Shown here in pieces: positions 38,933 through 51,496 of a stretch of 64,000 bases of DNA. Made by a program: the position numbers and the translations under genes. Source of the stretch: Welwitschia mirabilis. Lineage: Eukaryota. Position 1 is the first letter of the stretch; each line of letters starts with the position of its first letter. Location of the stretch: the NCBI GenBank assembly GCA_051453625.1, contig JBOZIK010000001.1, positions 2,494,622-2,558,621 on the forward strand, read 5' to 3'. The notes under the pieces were generated by a model. The model was given only the letters and a program-made list of their open reading frames with translations. It did not search any database and had not been told where the DNA came from.

Positions 38933-39493
38933 ATGATGGACGCAGAGCGCAGAATAATTGCGTTGATTCGAAGTCACCTGCCGGAAGCAACTTTCCAAAT
39001 GATCGACGAGGAAAAGAACAGATTAGTGTTCCGGATGGGCGTCCCCGAGCCTTTGAAGAACATGGCTGGATATAGAGATCTGCTTAAGGCCCTCAAACGG
39101 TCTTCGTCTGCGCCATCCTGCACCTTCTGCGATTCACGAAACACGAGATTTAGATACTTTGATAATTCTGCTTCTGCTAGAGCTATTCAGCCGCGTTACC
39201 GCTGCCAAACTTGTCATTCTCTGTTTACTTTCGGTGGCAGACGCTATTCTTCCTCCAAAACCAAAGGCGAAACCGAAACCAAAACTGCACCAGCGACTGC
39301 AACGAAAAATCCACCAGAGAAACCACAGACGCCCGTTTGCAGTCAGTTCTCCTCTGTTCCACTTTCTTCCTCTTCTGCTTCCTCTCGCAGCAATGTTGTT
39401 TGCAAGAATTTCGATGACAATGTTCAGTATGAATGTCCCGTTTTCTTTGATTTCTTTAAGATGGAGGAAGAAAAGTTTAAATCTATTCCCTAA
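38933..39493 (+). CDS. Divergent Dof-type C2C2 zinc-finger protein (186-aa ORF; possibly the last exon of a longer spliced CDS)
   Basis: Uninterrupted ORF in CpG-retaining DNA. CTFCDSRNTRFRYFDNSASARAIQPRYRCQTCHSLFTFGG aligns to the Dof consensus CPRCxSxNTKFCYYNNYxxxQPRxFCxxCRRYWTxGG. Ser/Thr/Pro-rich linker and acidic-aromatic C terminus. AATAAA at ~39536. Confidence 0.85.
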   Translation: MMDAERRIIALIRSHLPEATFQMIDEEKNRLVFRMGVPEPLKNMAGYRDLLKALKRSSSAPSCTFCDSRNTRFRYFDNSASARAIQPRYRCQTCHSLFTFGGRRYSSSKTKGETETKTAPATATKNPPEKPQTPVCSQFSSVPLSSSSASSRSNVVCKNFDDNVQYECPVFFDFFKMEEEKFKSIP

Positions 39494-41564
39494 AAAATTG
39501 GCTTTTTCTTTTTGGCTTTTTCTGTCACAGTTAATTAATAAATAAATATTTTACCGTTATCACGTGCCATGAAATTTCTCCACTTTTTTTAAATAAATTA
39601 TTTTGTTTTGTATTAATGTTTTGTATCTATGCTTAATCAATTGGTGCGTCATTTATGTTCTATATCTTTAGATTTTTACCTCGTAAATTGAATCTTCCAT
39701 TTGAAAAGTAGTGGGTTCAAACGTTTAGTTCTTTAGTTGGTATAGATTTTTACTTGGATTCTCTACATTTAATGAGTAAGGAACCAAAACATATCTTGTA
39801 CCCCTAAACCTTCGATCGCTGCTCATTATATTTTGAGACCACTCAACTAGCATGGATTATCAATTGGGGGGATACTTCTCCTTTAGTCATGAGGAACATG
39901 GATTGGAACCGTTGGAATCTTTGCATGGCACATTATGAGGCTTTCATGTAATTAGATTATTCGTTTTACTTCTAGAAAGAAGTTTGAGGCCTTAAAGTGT
40001 AATTAAATCACTCATGTTATTATCATTTTGGTGAAATTAAGTCAATTGCTATCCTATTATAGGGTATAATCAAATCACATCCTTGCTTATTGATTTCCTA
40101 AAAGAAGAAAGCACCTTTTTATTTTTTGGTTATTTCTTGTAAGGATTACTAAGACTTTAAGACACCTAAAGTTGCATACCCTTAATATTCTATTTATTAC
40201 AAATAATTTTGGCCATTTTTGTAAGCATTATATTTTATTATGTAATTAGTCTTTATTTTTATGGATAATGTATCATAAAAGACCCCCTAAATAAGGTAAC
40301 TTGTTATTTTGCCAAAGTTAAAGATATTTGAGAATAATTTTAACTTAATATGGTTGATATCCTTTGATGATTTGGAATATTTCAAATAATGATCACTTAA
40401 ATTAGTCAATTGGAAAGTTAGAAAAATTGATAAACTTACAAGTACTTCGTAAAATCTAAAGTTGTTGGTTATGTAGACATGAGTTAAATTTTACTTTTGA
40501 CTTGAATCTTAACTGAGGAATTTTATTACAATGGTTAAGCATTAGATAAAAAATTAATTAAATAAGAAAAATAATTAATAATAAGAAAATAATAGTAATT
40601 TGTATAGAAATTATGTAATTATAAGTATTCTTTTTAATGAATGCATTCATGATTACTTTCATATTAAGAAACCAAGGACTAGTAGATCTCTAGATATTGT
40701 TGATGATGTTAGGATTTTAACAATTTTATTAGATATTTAAGAATGATTGTAATTTGATATGATTTTACACCCTTTCATATAGTTATCAATAATTGGTGAT
40801 ATAGAAGATTCTAGTTAAGGATTAATGGAACTTAATTAATCAACAAGTAGGGGTAGTTGAGTAAGTTAGAAATAACTTTGCAAAAACATAAAGTTAGTAA
40901 TGCTATTTAACATTTGTTATGCTTTAGTTTCATCTTAGAACTTAACCTAGGATCTTTACTCAAAAAATTACCTTAATTTAGATAAATTAATTAAATAATG
41001 AGATTATTTAATAAATAAATAATAGAAATAATTCAAATAGTAAAGTGATTATCAGTATTCAGTTGAATGGTTCTTAGTTTAATATTATGAAGCTAGAACA
41101 TAGTAGATAACTTCATATTAGAAACTTAACTTCATTTTTGTCCATTCATATTACTTTGAAAAGGTGAGTTCATGAACTCAATACTAATAGTTGAATCCAA
41201 GAGGAAAGAAACCATTAATAATTGATTATCTACTTTACTTGAAATTCAAGCTTCTTAGGATAGTGTTACATTGAGTTTCTTGTGTGGCATCTTGTAGCAT
41301 TCAACTTAATCAAATACTTAAAAATATGCATAATCTCAAATTCTTCTAATTATGAAGTCATTCAATCATAAGAATCAGATCTAACTCTCATAAAACACAA
41401 GGATTTAGAGAGAACACTTATATCTACTTGACAAATAGTGGATTATCAAGTGGTGCTACATAGTTTTTGTTAAAATTTCTTTTTTGATTATTATTTCACT
41501 AAGTGATCCTAAGAATCATATCTATAAGAAAAATGTTTAACAATTATTCTTCATTAACTTACAT

Positions 41565-41633
41565 TATATGTATATGTATATGTATGTATGTATAGGGGTG
41601 TGTGTGTGTAAGGGCATGTGTGGGTGTGTGTGT
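41565..41633. repeat. Compound (TA/TATG/TG)n microsatellite
   Basis: Directly visible. Confidence 0.9.
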
Positions 41634-43320
41634 AAGAACCATAATTATCATAAGAAGATACGCATAAAAGGAAAAATGATGTCAAAATATTAATGGTACT
41701 GTAATTATTATATAATTTATTATTTGCTAAATGCATGACTTCCCTCTTAAATATTTGTTGTCTTCTTCTAAGTATTGCTATAGATTTGCAGGTATTTATT
41801 TACCATAGATTGCATATCTACTCTAGGGGAATAGATTAATATTCCTTAAATCTATAGGCAATATATGTTATCAAAGGAATTTGGCCACCTCCTTAGAACT
41901 TTTATAATACCATTTGTCAATGCTCCATCCACATGCATGCACTTTATGTTAGATTTCTGAATAAGGCATGCATGTGCATGACACATTTAATTAGTTAAAA
42001 ATGTAATATCCTAAGAAGTTTGATTAGATTAATTAATTAGTTAAGAGTTAATTGGTTTCAATTCAAAATTAATAGGATTGACATCCACAAAAATGAGAAG
42101 ATGATGAATATTTATTAGATTCAAAATAGTAAAAATATTGAGTTAATTTCATGCTTATCTTACAAGCTCCATTCCCCTTTACTACCACTGTCATGCTACT
42201 TGGAACTAACAAGATATTTGAAGAATATCTTCTTGTGAGCCTATATATGGAAATATTTTTTGAATATCCAATACAATATATCTAGAAATAGTTGGAATAG
42301 TACTTGAAAATGAACATGAAGAAGTCATTATAGCTTAAAATATCTTGCCCTTGCTTAAGGTCTTTAAGCTTGAAAGGCTACTTGTCAAATTCCATCTTAG
42401 AGTCTTGGAATACAACCTAATTTAGAAAAAAGGTAATAGCTCTTCTATAAGGCTTATCTCCAAATTCTAGATAAGGGAGATTCCTTGTGAAATAGATCTT
42501 CCTTTAAGAGGTGGAAATCTATGTGTAAGAATATTTCTTATTTTTTCTTTGTTACACCTGCTTATAAAGTGCTAATATGAGAATTTAAAAGAAAATCTTT
42601 GAAGTCATAAAAGGAGTCGATATGTGTTCCAATGACAAGAGTTGGCTGTTTTTAAGGTAAGAACAAAGGACGTGAATCATTGAATTGCTTGAATTTACTA
42701 AAAATCCAACTACTGAAAATGAAAATGAGATCAATCATGTAATTAAGAGTATATGATTTAAATACACTAAAATATAATTCTTTAAGATATCAATCTACTA
42801 AAGGTTTTTGAGATGTAGGATTTTCTATTCAAGTTTAAGTTCTTCTTTAATTTACATTGCAAAAAATCCTATATGATCTTTTCATAATGAATCAATTGAG
42901 AAAAGAATCTTTGAAACTGTGCGAACTTGGTATTTAAGAAGTAAAGTTTTTAAAAACGTTTTCCTATAACTAAAGATATTCTACTAATAGAAATTTTAAC
43001 AAATCATAACCTAATCATATAAACCTTGATAGTCATCTGGATGAAATTTATCATAGAAGTTTACCATCAACAATTATTATATTGAAAAGCAAATGTCATT
43101 CTTAGATTTTTTTTTTTTGTTACAAGCTTATCAAAGCATAACCATTTATTACATTAAATTTTAGGTAAATTATATAGGATGATTATTCAATTATTACCAT
43201 ATATATAGAGAAAAACAAATAATTTTAAGTTGTTGAATATTAGGTTTAAATGACAATTATATTGTAATTGTCATTTAAAGAGGTTGAAGAACATAACAAA
43301 TGGTCTAATTACACCCAACC

Positions 43321-43492
43321 AGGCCATCTAAGGATTCAAACCCACAACGTCCTAAATGAAGGATGAATATCTTATTATATAGAGACATGATTTAAAATTG
43401 CCACCTAATTAAGGCATTCAAGGATTCAAACCTGCATCTTCATAAATGAAGGATGAGTGTCTCCTTGCATAAAGACATAATTTAAAATGCCA
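43321..43492 (-). repeat. Two tandem 90-bp-period degenerate tRNA-like (possibly Glu-TTC-derived) units
   Basis: aggattcaaa at 43331 and 43421. Each unit reads like a reverse-complemented tRNA (ggattcgaaccc...tgaa...gtgtcc...tagac) with broken stems. Confidence 0.55.
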
Positions 43493-43947
43493 AGTACTAA
43501 GATTTAGATGATAGTCTTATGTAAAATCATCATATTAACTATAAACTTATTTTCAATATCATTTTGGCACTACATTTTTCATAAATCTTCAAAAAAAATT
43601 TAATATTACCATTGATTTTAGCAGGGAAAAAAGCTTATTAGAAGAAATAAAAATTGTCTACACAAATGAGCAAAGATTTCATTTCATTTGGACTTCATCT
43701 CTATGACTCTATGCCCTCCCAGGTGCAGCTTTGTCTGTGTGCCAGCCTATGGAGCTACTCTTAGGTAATTTTTTTAATGCTTGTACCACTCTATGCTCAA
43801 TATTGCTTTTTTCTTTGTTTTCCTTTTCCATTTCAGGTAATATACTCAAGTTTAGATAGTTTTATTTCAGAATGGGAATTATCTGTTACTCCATCTTCCT
43901 TGATTCGTCCCTGCCACTCTGGTGCCTGCGATACCTGCATGCTTAAA

Positions 43948-44100
43948 TGTTGGGATGTGTGGCTCATATGGACACACATCAAGAAAACTAAAGGGCGGTG
44001 AAAACATAATCTTCGGCTATAAAATGCTGCCTTCGGGGCGACGTTTTGTGTAATCTTTTCCAGTCACCTTGTATCAACATTCGTCACCTTTGCTCTCACA
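43948..44100 (+). repeat. 5' LTR (153 bp)
   Basis: tgttggg...ctctcaca, followed by the PBS. Confidence 0.93.
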
Positions 44101-45616
44101 AGTGGTATCAGAGCTAGGTGGAGCATCGTCACCTTCACCCGGGGTTGATTGTGCACTGCACGCAGTCAGTTCACAGCCTTTTGTTCTACACCTGTGTGCA
44201 CTTACATCTGGTCCAGCGGCTTGCACCATCGTATGATCTGTTCCTGCCCCCTTTGATACACCGCCTCTTACTGAGTGCATTTTTTGGTGCTATGTCTTTC
44301 ATGCAAGGCCCCTCTACCTTCGTCCTTCTTTTTGTTTTTCATGTGTTTTCACGCCCAAAGGCCACCTCCTGCTATCTTTTTGTGCGCCAATGGTCGCTGT
44401 TCTATGATCCTGTTCTGCACTCAAACTGCTCACAGTTCTCTCAAGTCTTATTTTGTCAATGCTGTGTGAACCAGTCTTTGTCTTTCATCCATGTCTTCAC
44501 TCAAACTACTTTTCGCCTAAGCACCACTGCGATATCAGTTGCATTTGTCACTTACGATTTGTATGTGGTGGATTTTTTTTGGTAGTTTTTTGGGTGTTTT
44601 TTGGTGTTTTTCGCTACTCTTTCCTGCACGCAACCTGCAATGCTGTGGACTGCCGGCCAGCATCGCTTTGCTCTGGCAATCTGTCTCTCACCTCCACGCG
44701 TCCATCCATGCTGACGGTTGTGCAACCTTCCCTCTGCCTATTTACTTGTGTTTGTGGCCTGTCTGTTCCTACTTCTTTTGTAGCGCCGACACCCCATGTG
44801 GCTTCATGCCACTTCGCCTTACACTGCTACTTGACATGTGCCTGCCCTCCTTGTGGTTTTCTACCTCACTTCATTGATAACATTTTTTTCACCAGTTGAC
44901 GACTTGTTTTTCAGTGGTACCTCTCCCAGTGTCCCGCTCGGCTCTATGTCTTACCACCTTGCTCTTAGGCACCCACGGCTCTCACGGTAGCAACCTGCTA
45001 TTTATGTGTGCCTGTAGTGTGGATTTTCTGCATGCATTTTTTCTTATCATTGCGTCCTTGCATGCTCTTAGCCTCACCTGCAACCGTACCCACAAACATG
45101 CCTTCTTTTCAGCGCGTTCCTTTTTAGCACATTTTCTTGTGCCTTCGGCCTCCTTTTTCAACATGTGATCTTGCGTCTTCGACATCTCTTGCACATTTGC
45201 TCCCAGATGCTATCGTGCCTGTCAGCCAGTGTCATCTTCAGGTTTCATGAGTGGCCTCCACTGCAGCTCCTCGTTTTAATCTAATTTTATGTTTATTACC
45301 TTTTTAACTAAATGTTATATTATGTAAGGCATCTTTCATGCCTTGTTGTTTTATTTTTTTTCCTACATTACTTATGTAGTAATGTTACAAAGTTATAAAG
45401 TTTTTCATTAGGGGAAAAGTGTTTCATTATGTGTTTTTTTGATGAGGGGCCTTTTGTAGGGTAACGTATCACCCCTTTTTCTACTCCTTGTCAACTACAC
45501 TTATCATCATTATAATTGTTATTTTTATTTTTTACTGACTACTAGTTACCTTGGGGATTCTTCTTTTGTATTTCTTTTTGTAGAGTTGTGTTTTTTCACA
45601 ACTCCTCTATTTTAGG

Positions 45617-48600
45617 ATGGCCATCGTGATGAAGTTTGACATCAAAAAATTTGATGGCAAACTAAGTTTTTCTATATGGTGTGTTTAGATGAGGGTCATT
45701 CTCACTCAAAATGGTTTGAAGAAGGCCTTGGATGGTAAAGTAAAAAAACTCGAGGCCATGTCCGATGAGCAATGTGATGAGTTGGATAAAAAGGCCCTGA
45801 CAGCAATCCAGTTATGCTTATCCAAGAAGGTTCTCTGTGAAGTCGTTAGTGAAACCACTACTGCTAGTCTATGGCTGAAACTAGAAGTTTTGTACATGAC
45901 AAAAAGCCTTGCCAATAAGCTTTGATTTAAGGAATGTTTATTTACTATTTGCATGTTTGAAGGTACTCCCATTCAAGAACATCTTAATAAGTTTACTTCA
46001 ATTCTTTTGGATTTAGAAAATCTTGATGTGCACATCAAAGGCGAAGATAAGGCAGTTTTGTTAGTTGTTTATTTACCTCCTACCTCTAGGCATCTTAAAT
46101 AAATAATGTTGTATGGTGAATTAGATACCTTATATTTTGAAGATGTTAAAGAAAATTTATTATCACAAGAGAAGTTTGATTTAGACATCCACTCTGAGGA
46201 TAAGGATGAAGGTCTGATTATTAGAGGTTGAAGTCATGATACTGTATGTACTAAAAACTACAAGAAGTCTAAATCAAAGTCAAGAGGTTATAAGTCTANN
46301 NNNNNNNNNNNNNNNNNNNNNNNNNNNNNNNNNNNNNNNNNNNNNNNNNNNNNNNNNNNNNNNNNNNNNNNNNNNNNNNNNNNNNNNNNNNNNNNNNNNN
46401 NNNNNNNNNNNNNNNNNNNNNNNNNNNNNNNNNNNNNNNNNNNNNNNNNNNNNNNNNNNNNNNNNNNNNNNNNNNNNNNNNNNNNNNNNNNNNNNNNNNN
46501 NNNNNNNNNNNNNNNNNNNNNNNNNNNNNNNNNNNNNNNNNNNNNNNNNNNNNNNNNNNNNNNNNNNNNNNNNNNNNNNNNNNNNNNNNNNNNNNNNNNN
46601 NNNNNNNNNNNNNNNNNNNNNNNNNNNNNNNNNNNNNNNNNNNNNNNNNNNNNNNNNNNNNNNNNNNNNNNNNNNNNNNNNNNNNNNNNNNNNNNNNNNN
46701 NNNNNNNNNNNNNNNNNNNNNNNNNNNNNNNNNNNNNNNNNNNNNNNNNNNNNNNNNNNNNNNNNNNNNNNNNNNNNNNNNNNNNNNNNNNNNNNNNNNN
46801 NNNNNNNNNNNNNNNNNNNNNNNNNNNNNNNNNNNNNNNNNNNNNNNNNNNNNNNNNNNNNNNNNNNNNNNNNNNNNNNNNNNNNNNNNNNNNNNNNNNN
46901 NNNNNNNNNNNNNNNNNNNNNNNNNNTCTGACTAGATTCTTGATTCTGGCTGTACTTTTCACATATGTCCTTATCGGAACTAGTTTACTACCTTTAAACT
47001 CATTTTCTCTGGCGTTGTTTTGATGGGTAATGATACTCAGTGTAAGGTTAAAGGAATAGGAACTATTCAGATCAAAAGCGATGATGGAATCATCAAAACT
47101 CTTAATGAGGTTTACTTTATTCCTGACCTTAAACAAAACTTAATTTCATTAGGTACTTTTAAATCTAAAGGGTAAAAATATGTAGCTAAAGGTGGAGTTC
47201 TAAGAATTATCAAAGGTGCCCTTATTATGTTTAAGGATAACTGATGTGGTAGCCTATATATCTTATAAGATTCAATAGTTACAGGTTTTATAGTTCTTTC
47301 TACTTTGATGCCTGATTCTCATGTTACTCGCTTGTGGCACATGCAGTTAGGTCACACAAGTGAAAACGTTATGCACATCCTAAGTAAGAAAGATCTGCTC
47401 TGTGGTCAGCATATTGGTAAATTGGAATTCTATGAACATTGCATTTTTGGTAAATAAAAATGAGTTAGTTTCTCTACTGCAATTCATTGTAATAAAGGTG
47501 TACTAGATTATATTCACTCTGATTTATGGGGATCTTCCAAAGTTCCTTCTATTGGTGGTCATTCTTTTATGATGACACTAATTGATGATTATTCTTGTAA
47601 AGTTTGGGTTTATTTTCTAAAGCAAAAAAATGAAGCTTTCTCTACTTTCAAACATTGGAAAATTCTCGTTGAAAATCAAACAGGCAGAAAGGTTAAAAAA
47701 CTCAGGACCGATAATGGGTTAGAATTTTGTTTAAATGATTTTAATGAGTTTTGTTCTAACAATGGAATTGCTAGACACAAAACATTGGTTGGAACGCCAC
47801 AACAGTATGATATTGCAGAATACATTAATAGGACATTAGTTAAAAGGGCTTATTATATGCTTTCCAATGCGAACCTATGATAACAATGTGATTTATGGGC
47901 TAAAGCAGTTTTTACAATGTATTATCTTATTAATCGCTCTTCACATTTCTCACTGGAGTTTAGAATTCTAAAAAAGATTTAATCAAGTAATCCTATTAAC
48001 TACTCTCAGTTAAAAATATTTTGTTGTCTAGTATTTTCCCATGCCAATGATGGTAAATTAGCACCTAGAGCTATTAAATGCATATTTCTAAGTTATTCTT
48101 CTGAGTCTAAAGGATATTGTTTATTGTGTCCTGAGTTGTATAAGGTAATTCTCAGTAGAGATATAACTTTTCATGAGGATGCTTTGCTTACTCCTCACAA
48201 AGATTCCATTATTTCTTCTTTTTCTTCCTTTTCTTCTTCTTCTCAAGATATAACCAATTTGAAGTATAGCAAATAGGTGGAGTTACAGGTTACATCCTCT
48301 CCACTAACTATTGTGAATTCTACATCTTCCTTCTCTACTGAAGAAAATGTTTATGAGAATGCTCTAAGTATCAGTACTCTTGATCAATTATAGCAGGATT
48401 ATTCAATTGCTCAAGATCGTTTGAGGAGAATAATAAAGAAACCAACTAGATATATTAACACTGATGATGAGTTATTTGCATATGCTCTCTCAGTTATCTA
48501 GGAACTTCCTGAAGGTATGGAACCTTTATCTTATTCAAAAGCTGTTTCTTGTGCTAACTCCTCTAAGTGGTTAATAGTAATGAATGAAGAAATTTACACT

Positions 48601-50047
48601 CTTCATAAAAATAAAACTTGGATTTTGTGTGAACTTCCATCTAGAAAACGTCCTTTGAACTGTAAGTGGATCTACAAGAAAAAGGAAGGCATCCCCAGAG
48701 TTAAAAATACAAGATGGAAAGCACAATTGGTTGTCAAAGGCTACAACCAAAAGGAAGGTATTGATTTCCATGAAATTTTTTTACCTATTGTTATTCATAC
48801 TTTGATTCATGTGCTTATTTCATTCGTTGTCTTATTTGACATGAAGTTAAATCAAATGGATGTCAAAACTGCATTTTTACATGAAGACCTTAATGAAGAA
48901 ATCTATATGAAGCATCTTGAGGGTTTTGTAATCCCAAGAAAAGAATGTTATGTGTGTTATCTAAACAAATCATTATATGGTCTTAAACAAGCTTCGCGAC
49001 AATTGTACAAGAATTTTGATGTATTTATGATTAGGCAGGGTTTTCTCAGAAGTTACTATGATTACTGTATCTATTACTAGTAGTATTCTGATAAGTCCTT
49101 TATGTATTTATTGCTATACGTCGATAATATACTAATTACTTCTCGCAACAAGTCTTTGATTGATAAAGGTTCTAGGTGAAGCCAAGAAAATTCTTGGTAT
49201 GGAAATTCATAGAGGTCATCAAGCTGGTAAACTATTTCTCTCATAAAGGAAATATATTAAGAAAGTTTTCAATACGTTTAATATGTTAAATTGTAAACCT
49301 GTTTCTACTCCCTTCACTGCTCACTTCAAATTATCTTTGGATTATTACCCGAAAACCAAAGAAGAGATTGAGCATATGTTAAGCATTCCTTATGCTAATG
49401 CCATTGGAAGTTTAATGTATGATATGGTCTACACTAGACCTGATTTCATGTATGCTATTAGTATCATAAGTCGATACATGCATAATCTAGGAAAGGATCA
49501 TTGGAATGATAAAAAATAAATCCTTCATTATTTGAAGGGTACTTCTGACTCAGGCTTAGTCTTTGATAAGGCCAAAGTCCTATCTAACAATGTCATAGGA
49601 TTTACTAATGTAGATTATGGTGGTGATTTAAATAGGCAAAGATCTTACATTTTTATGCTCTATAATTCGGCCATTAGTTGGAAGGCATCTCTTCAATCCA
49701 TTGCTACATTATCGATCATAGAAGCTGAGTATGTTTCAGTAACTGAAGGTGTGAAAGAAGCTACATGGCTCTGAGGTTTAGTGATTGAACTTTGTATATC
49801 CCAAGACATGACTGTGGTATTTTGTGATAGCCAGAGTGCTATTCATCTCACTAAGAATGATATGTATCACTCACGCACTAAGCACATTGATGTTAAGCAT
49901 TACTATATCAGAGACACTCTTGCTATAAGAGACATCATTATGCACAAGATACATACTTCTGAAAACCTAGTAGATATGTTAACCAAACCTCTTTCTAATG
50001 TCAAGTTCAAAGAGTTTTTGGATTTAGTGGGCTTATGCACCACTTAA
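45617..50047 (+). pseudogene. Copia gag-pol polyprotein remnant
   Basis: MAIVMKFDIKKFDG (gag); ILDSGCTFHIC (PR); IDDYS..KKLRTDNGLEFC (INT); QMDVKTAFLH..KSLYGLKQ (RT); CDSQSAIHL..TKHIDV (RNase H). Multiple stops and a deletion in RT. Confidence 0.93.
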
Positions 50048-50086
50048 AATACTATCAATGTATCCAATTTAAGCTATGGTGGAGAT

Positions 50087-50272
50087 TGTTGGGGTGTGTG
50101 GCTCATATTGGATACACATCCAGAAAACTAAAGGGCGGTGATAGCATAGAAAAAGGTACCCACCCACAGTATTACTCCACATCTTTGGCTATAAAATGCT
50201 ACCTTCGAGGCAACGTTTTGTGTAATCTTTTCCCATTACCTTGTGTTAACATTCATCACCTTTACTCTCACA
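50087..50272 (+). repeat. 3' LTR (186 bp)
   Basis: tgttggg...ctctcaca; net 33 bp longer than the 5' LTR. Confidence 0.93.
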
Positions 50273-51496
50273 TTAAAGATTACTAAATAAAACTATAAGC
50301 TATTTAAAGTATACATGGACTTGCATGTTCTTGTTGAAAATTTCATGTTATTTCTCAGGGACTGCAATCTTTTTAGGGTTTTGATATTGTTATTGTTTAC
50401 TACTATTTATTCTTAGATAATTTTTTCACAAACAAGTTTCTACCAATTTACTTTGTAAGCTTTACTCTCTTTTGAACCAAAAACAAAAGAGAACAAAAGA
50501 AACAAAAATGGAGGTACGCAGTTTTAGACGGACGCTGATGAAATCATCAGCATTACCATAGATTGAATTTGGTCCTACCTTATTAAAAGCAAATTATTTT
50601 TTAACCTTCTACTAAGAGCCATCTTTTACCTTTACTTACACAACCCAGCGAGGTAAGTTGGAGCTTGGTAATGTCAATTTTAATTATAAGAACTCGATTT
50701 CCAATAGACATTAAACTAATGTTAAGCATTAGAAACTCTTTCTTTTCAAGTTCTTAGATCTTGCCTTGGTTTTTTGTGCCCTTTTTCTGAAGACTGGAAC
50801 ATGATAAATAATGAACAAGTTCACCTAAAATTAGACCAGCTAAAAGATTAGAATTTATAGGTTCAGCTGAAAATAAGTACTTGATTTTAAGTATAGACTA
50901 ATAAGCTTGTTCAAAAAATAGACCATGCTAAAAGGCAATTTGTTAGATGAAAGTTCTGATTATTTACTAATTGTAAAGCTCTCAGTAATCTAAGACTTTT
51001 GAGAAATAAACTTCAGTTTAACCCTTTTGAAATGCTGATTGCTTCAAGAACTGTAAAAAAGTAAAAATTTTGAAATATAGGACATGTTTTGAAAGTCAGA
51101 TTTTGGTTAGGTACTAATCAATTAAAAACATATATTCTAGTGCTTTCTTGTTTGATAAAACATTAAAGAAAAATTATAGGTATTATCTAATAAGCATGCA
51201 TCATTATTATCTCTAACTTTAATTCCACAAAAACATCTGACAAAGCACCAATTTATCTAAATCCTCACCCAATAAGTCTATCAGCACAAGCTAATGTGGG
51301 ATTACAAACACTAATAAGACCACCAACAATAGAAAATTGTAGCTCATTTTGCTCACTGTAAATAGATACTATTCTAAAGAAAATAGGTGTACCTTTGATA
51401 TTACCACTCTCATCTTTAAAAACTACTATACAGTGAACTTTAGCCTTTTGGTTAATTTTTAACACAACAGTGAACATACAAAACAATTATGAAGAT

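Larger units (their letters stand above)
43948..50272 (+). mobile_element. Tnt1/Tork-like Ty1/Copia LTR retrotransposon, full-length, decayed
   Basis: LTRs 43948-44100 and 50087-50272 (TG...CA). Perfect TSD ttaaa (43943-43947 / 50273-50277). PBS tggtatcagagc (44103-44114). PPT-like atggtggagat. Gag-PR-INT-RT-RH motifs. Confidence 0.95.

Noticed and set aside
39159..39545. Alternative-frame ORFs overlapping the Dof-like CDS
   Set aside because: Shadow frames of the real coding sequence.
39900..42530. Possible very old Gypsy gag-protease remnant ending in a PPT-like tttaagaggtggaaat
   Set aside because: Only faint motif echoes; no LTR pair or TSD could be identified.
43321..43492. Functional tRNA genes
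   Set aside because: Stems do not pair properly and the B box is mutated; kept only as a tRNA-like repeat.
44074..45194. Cluster of Cys/Phe/Leu-rich ORFs up to 155 aa
   Set aside because: Open in several frames because the pyrimidine-rich leader has few stops; no domain signature.
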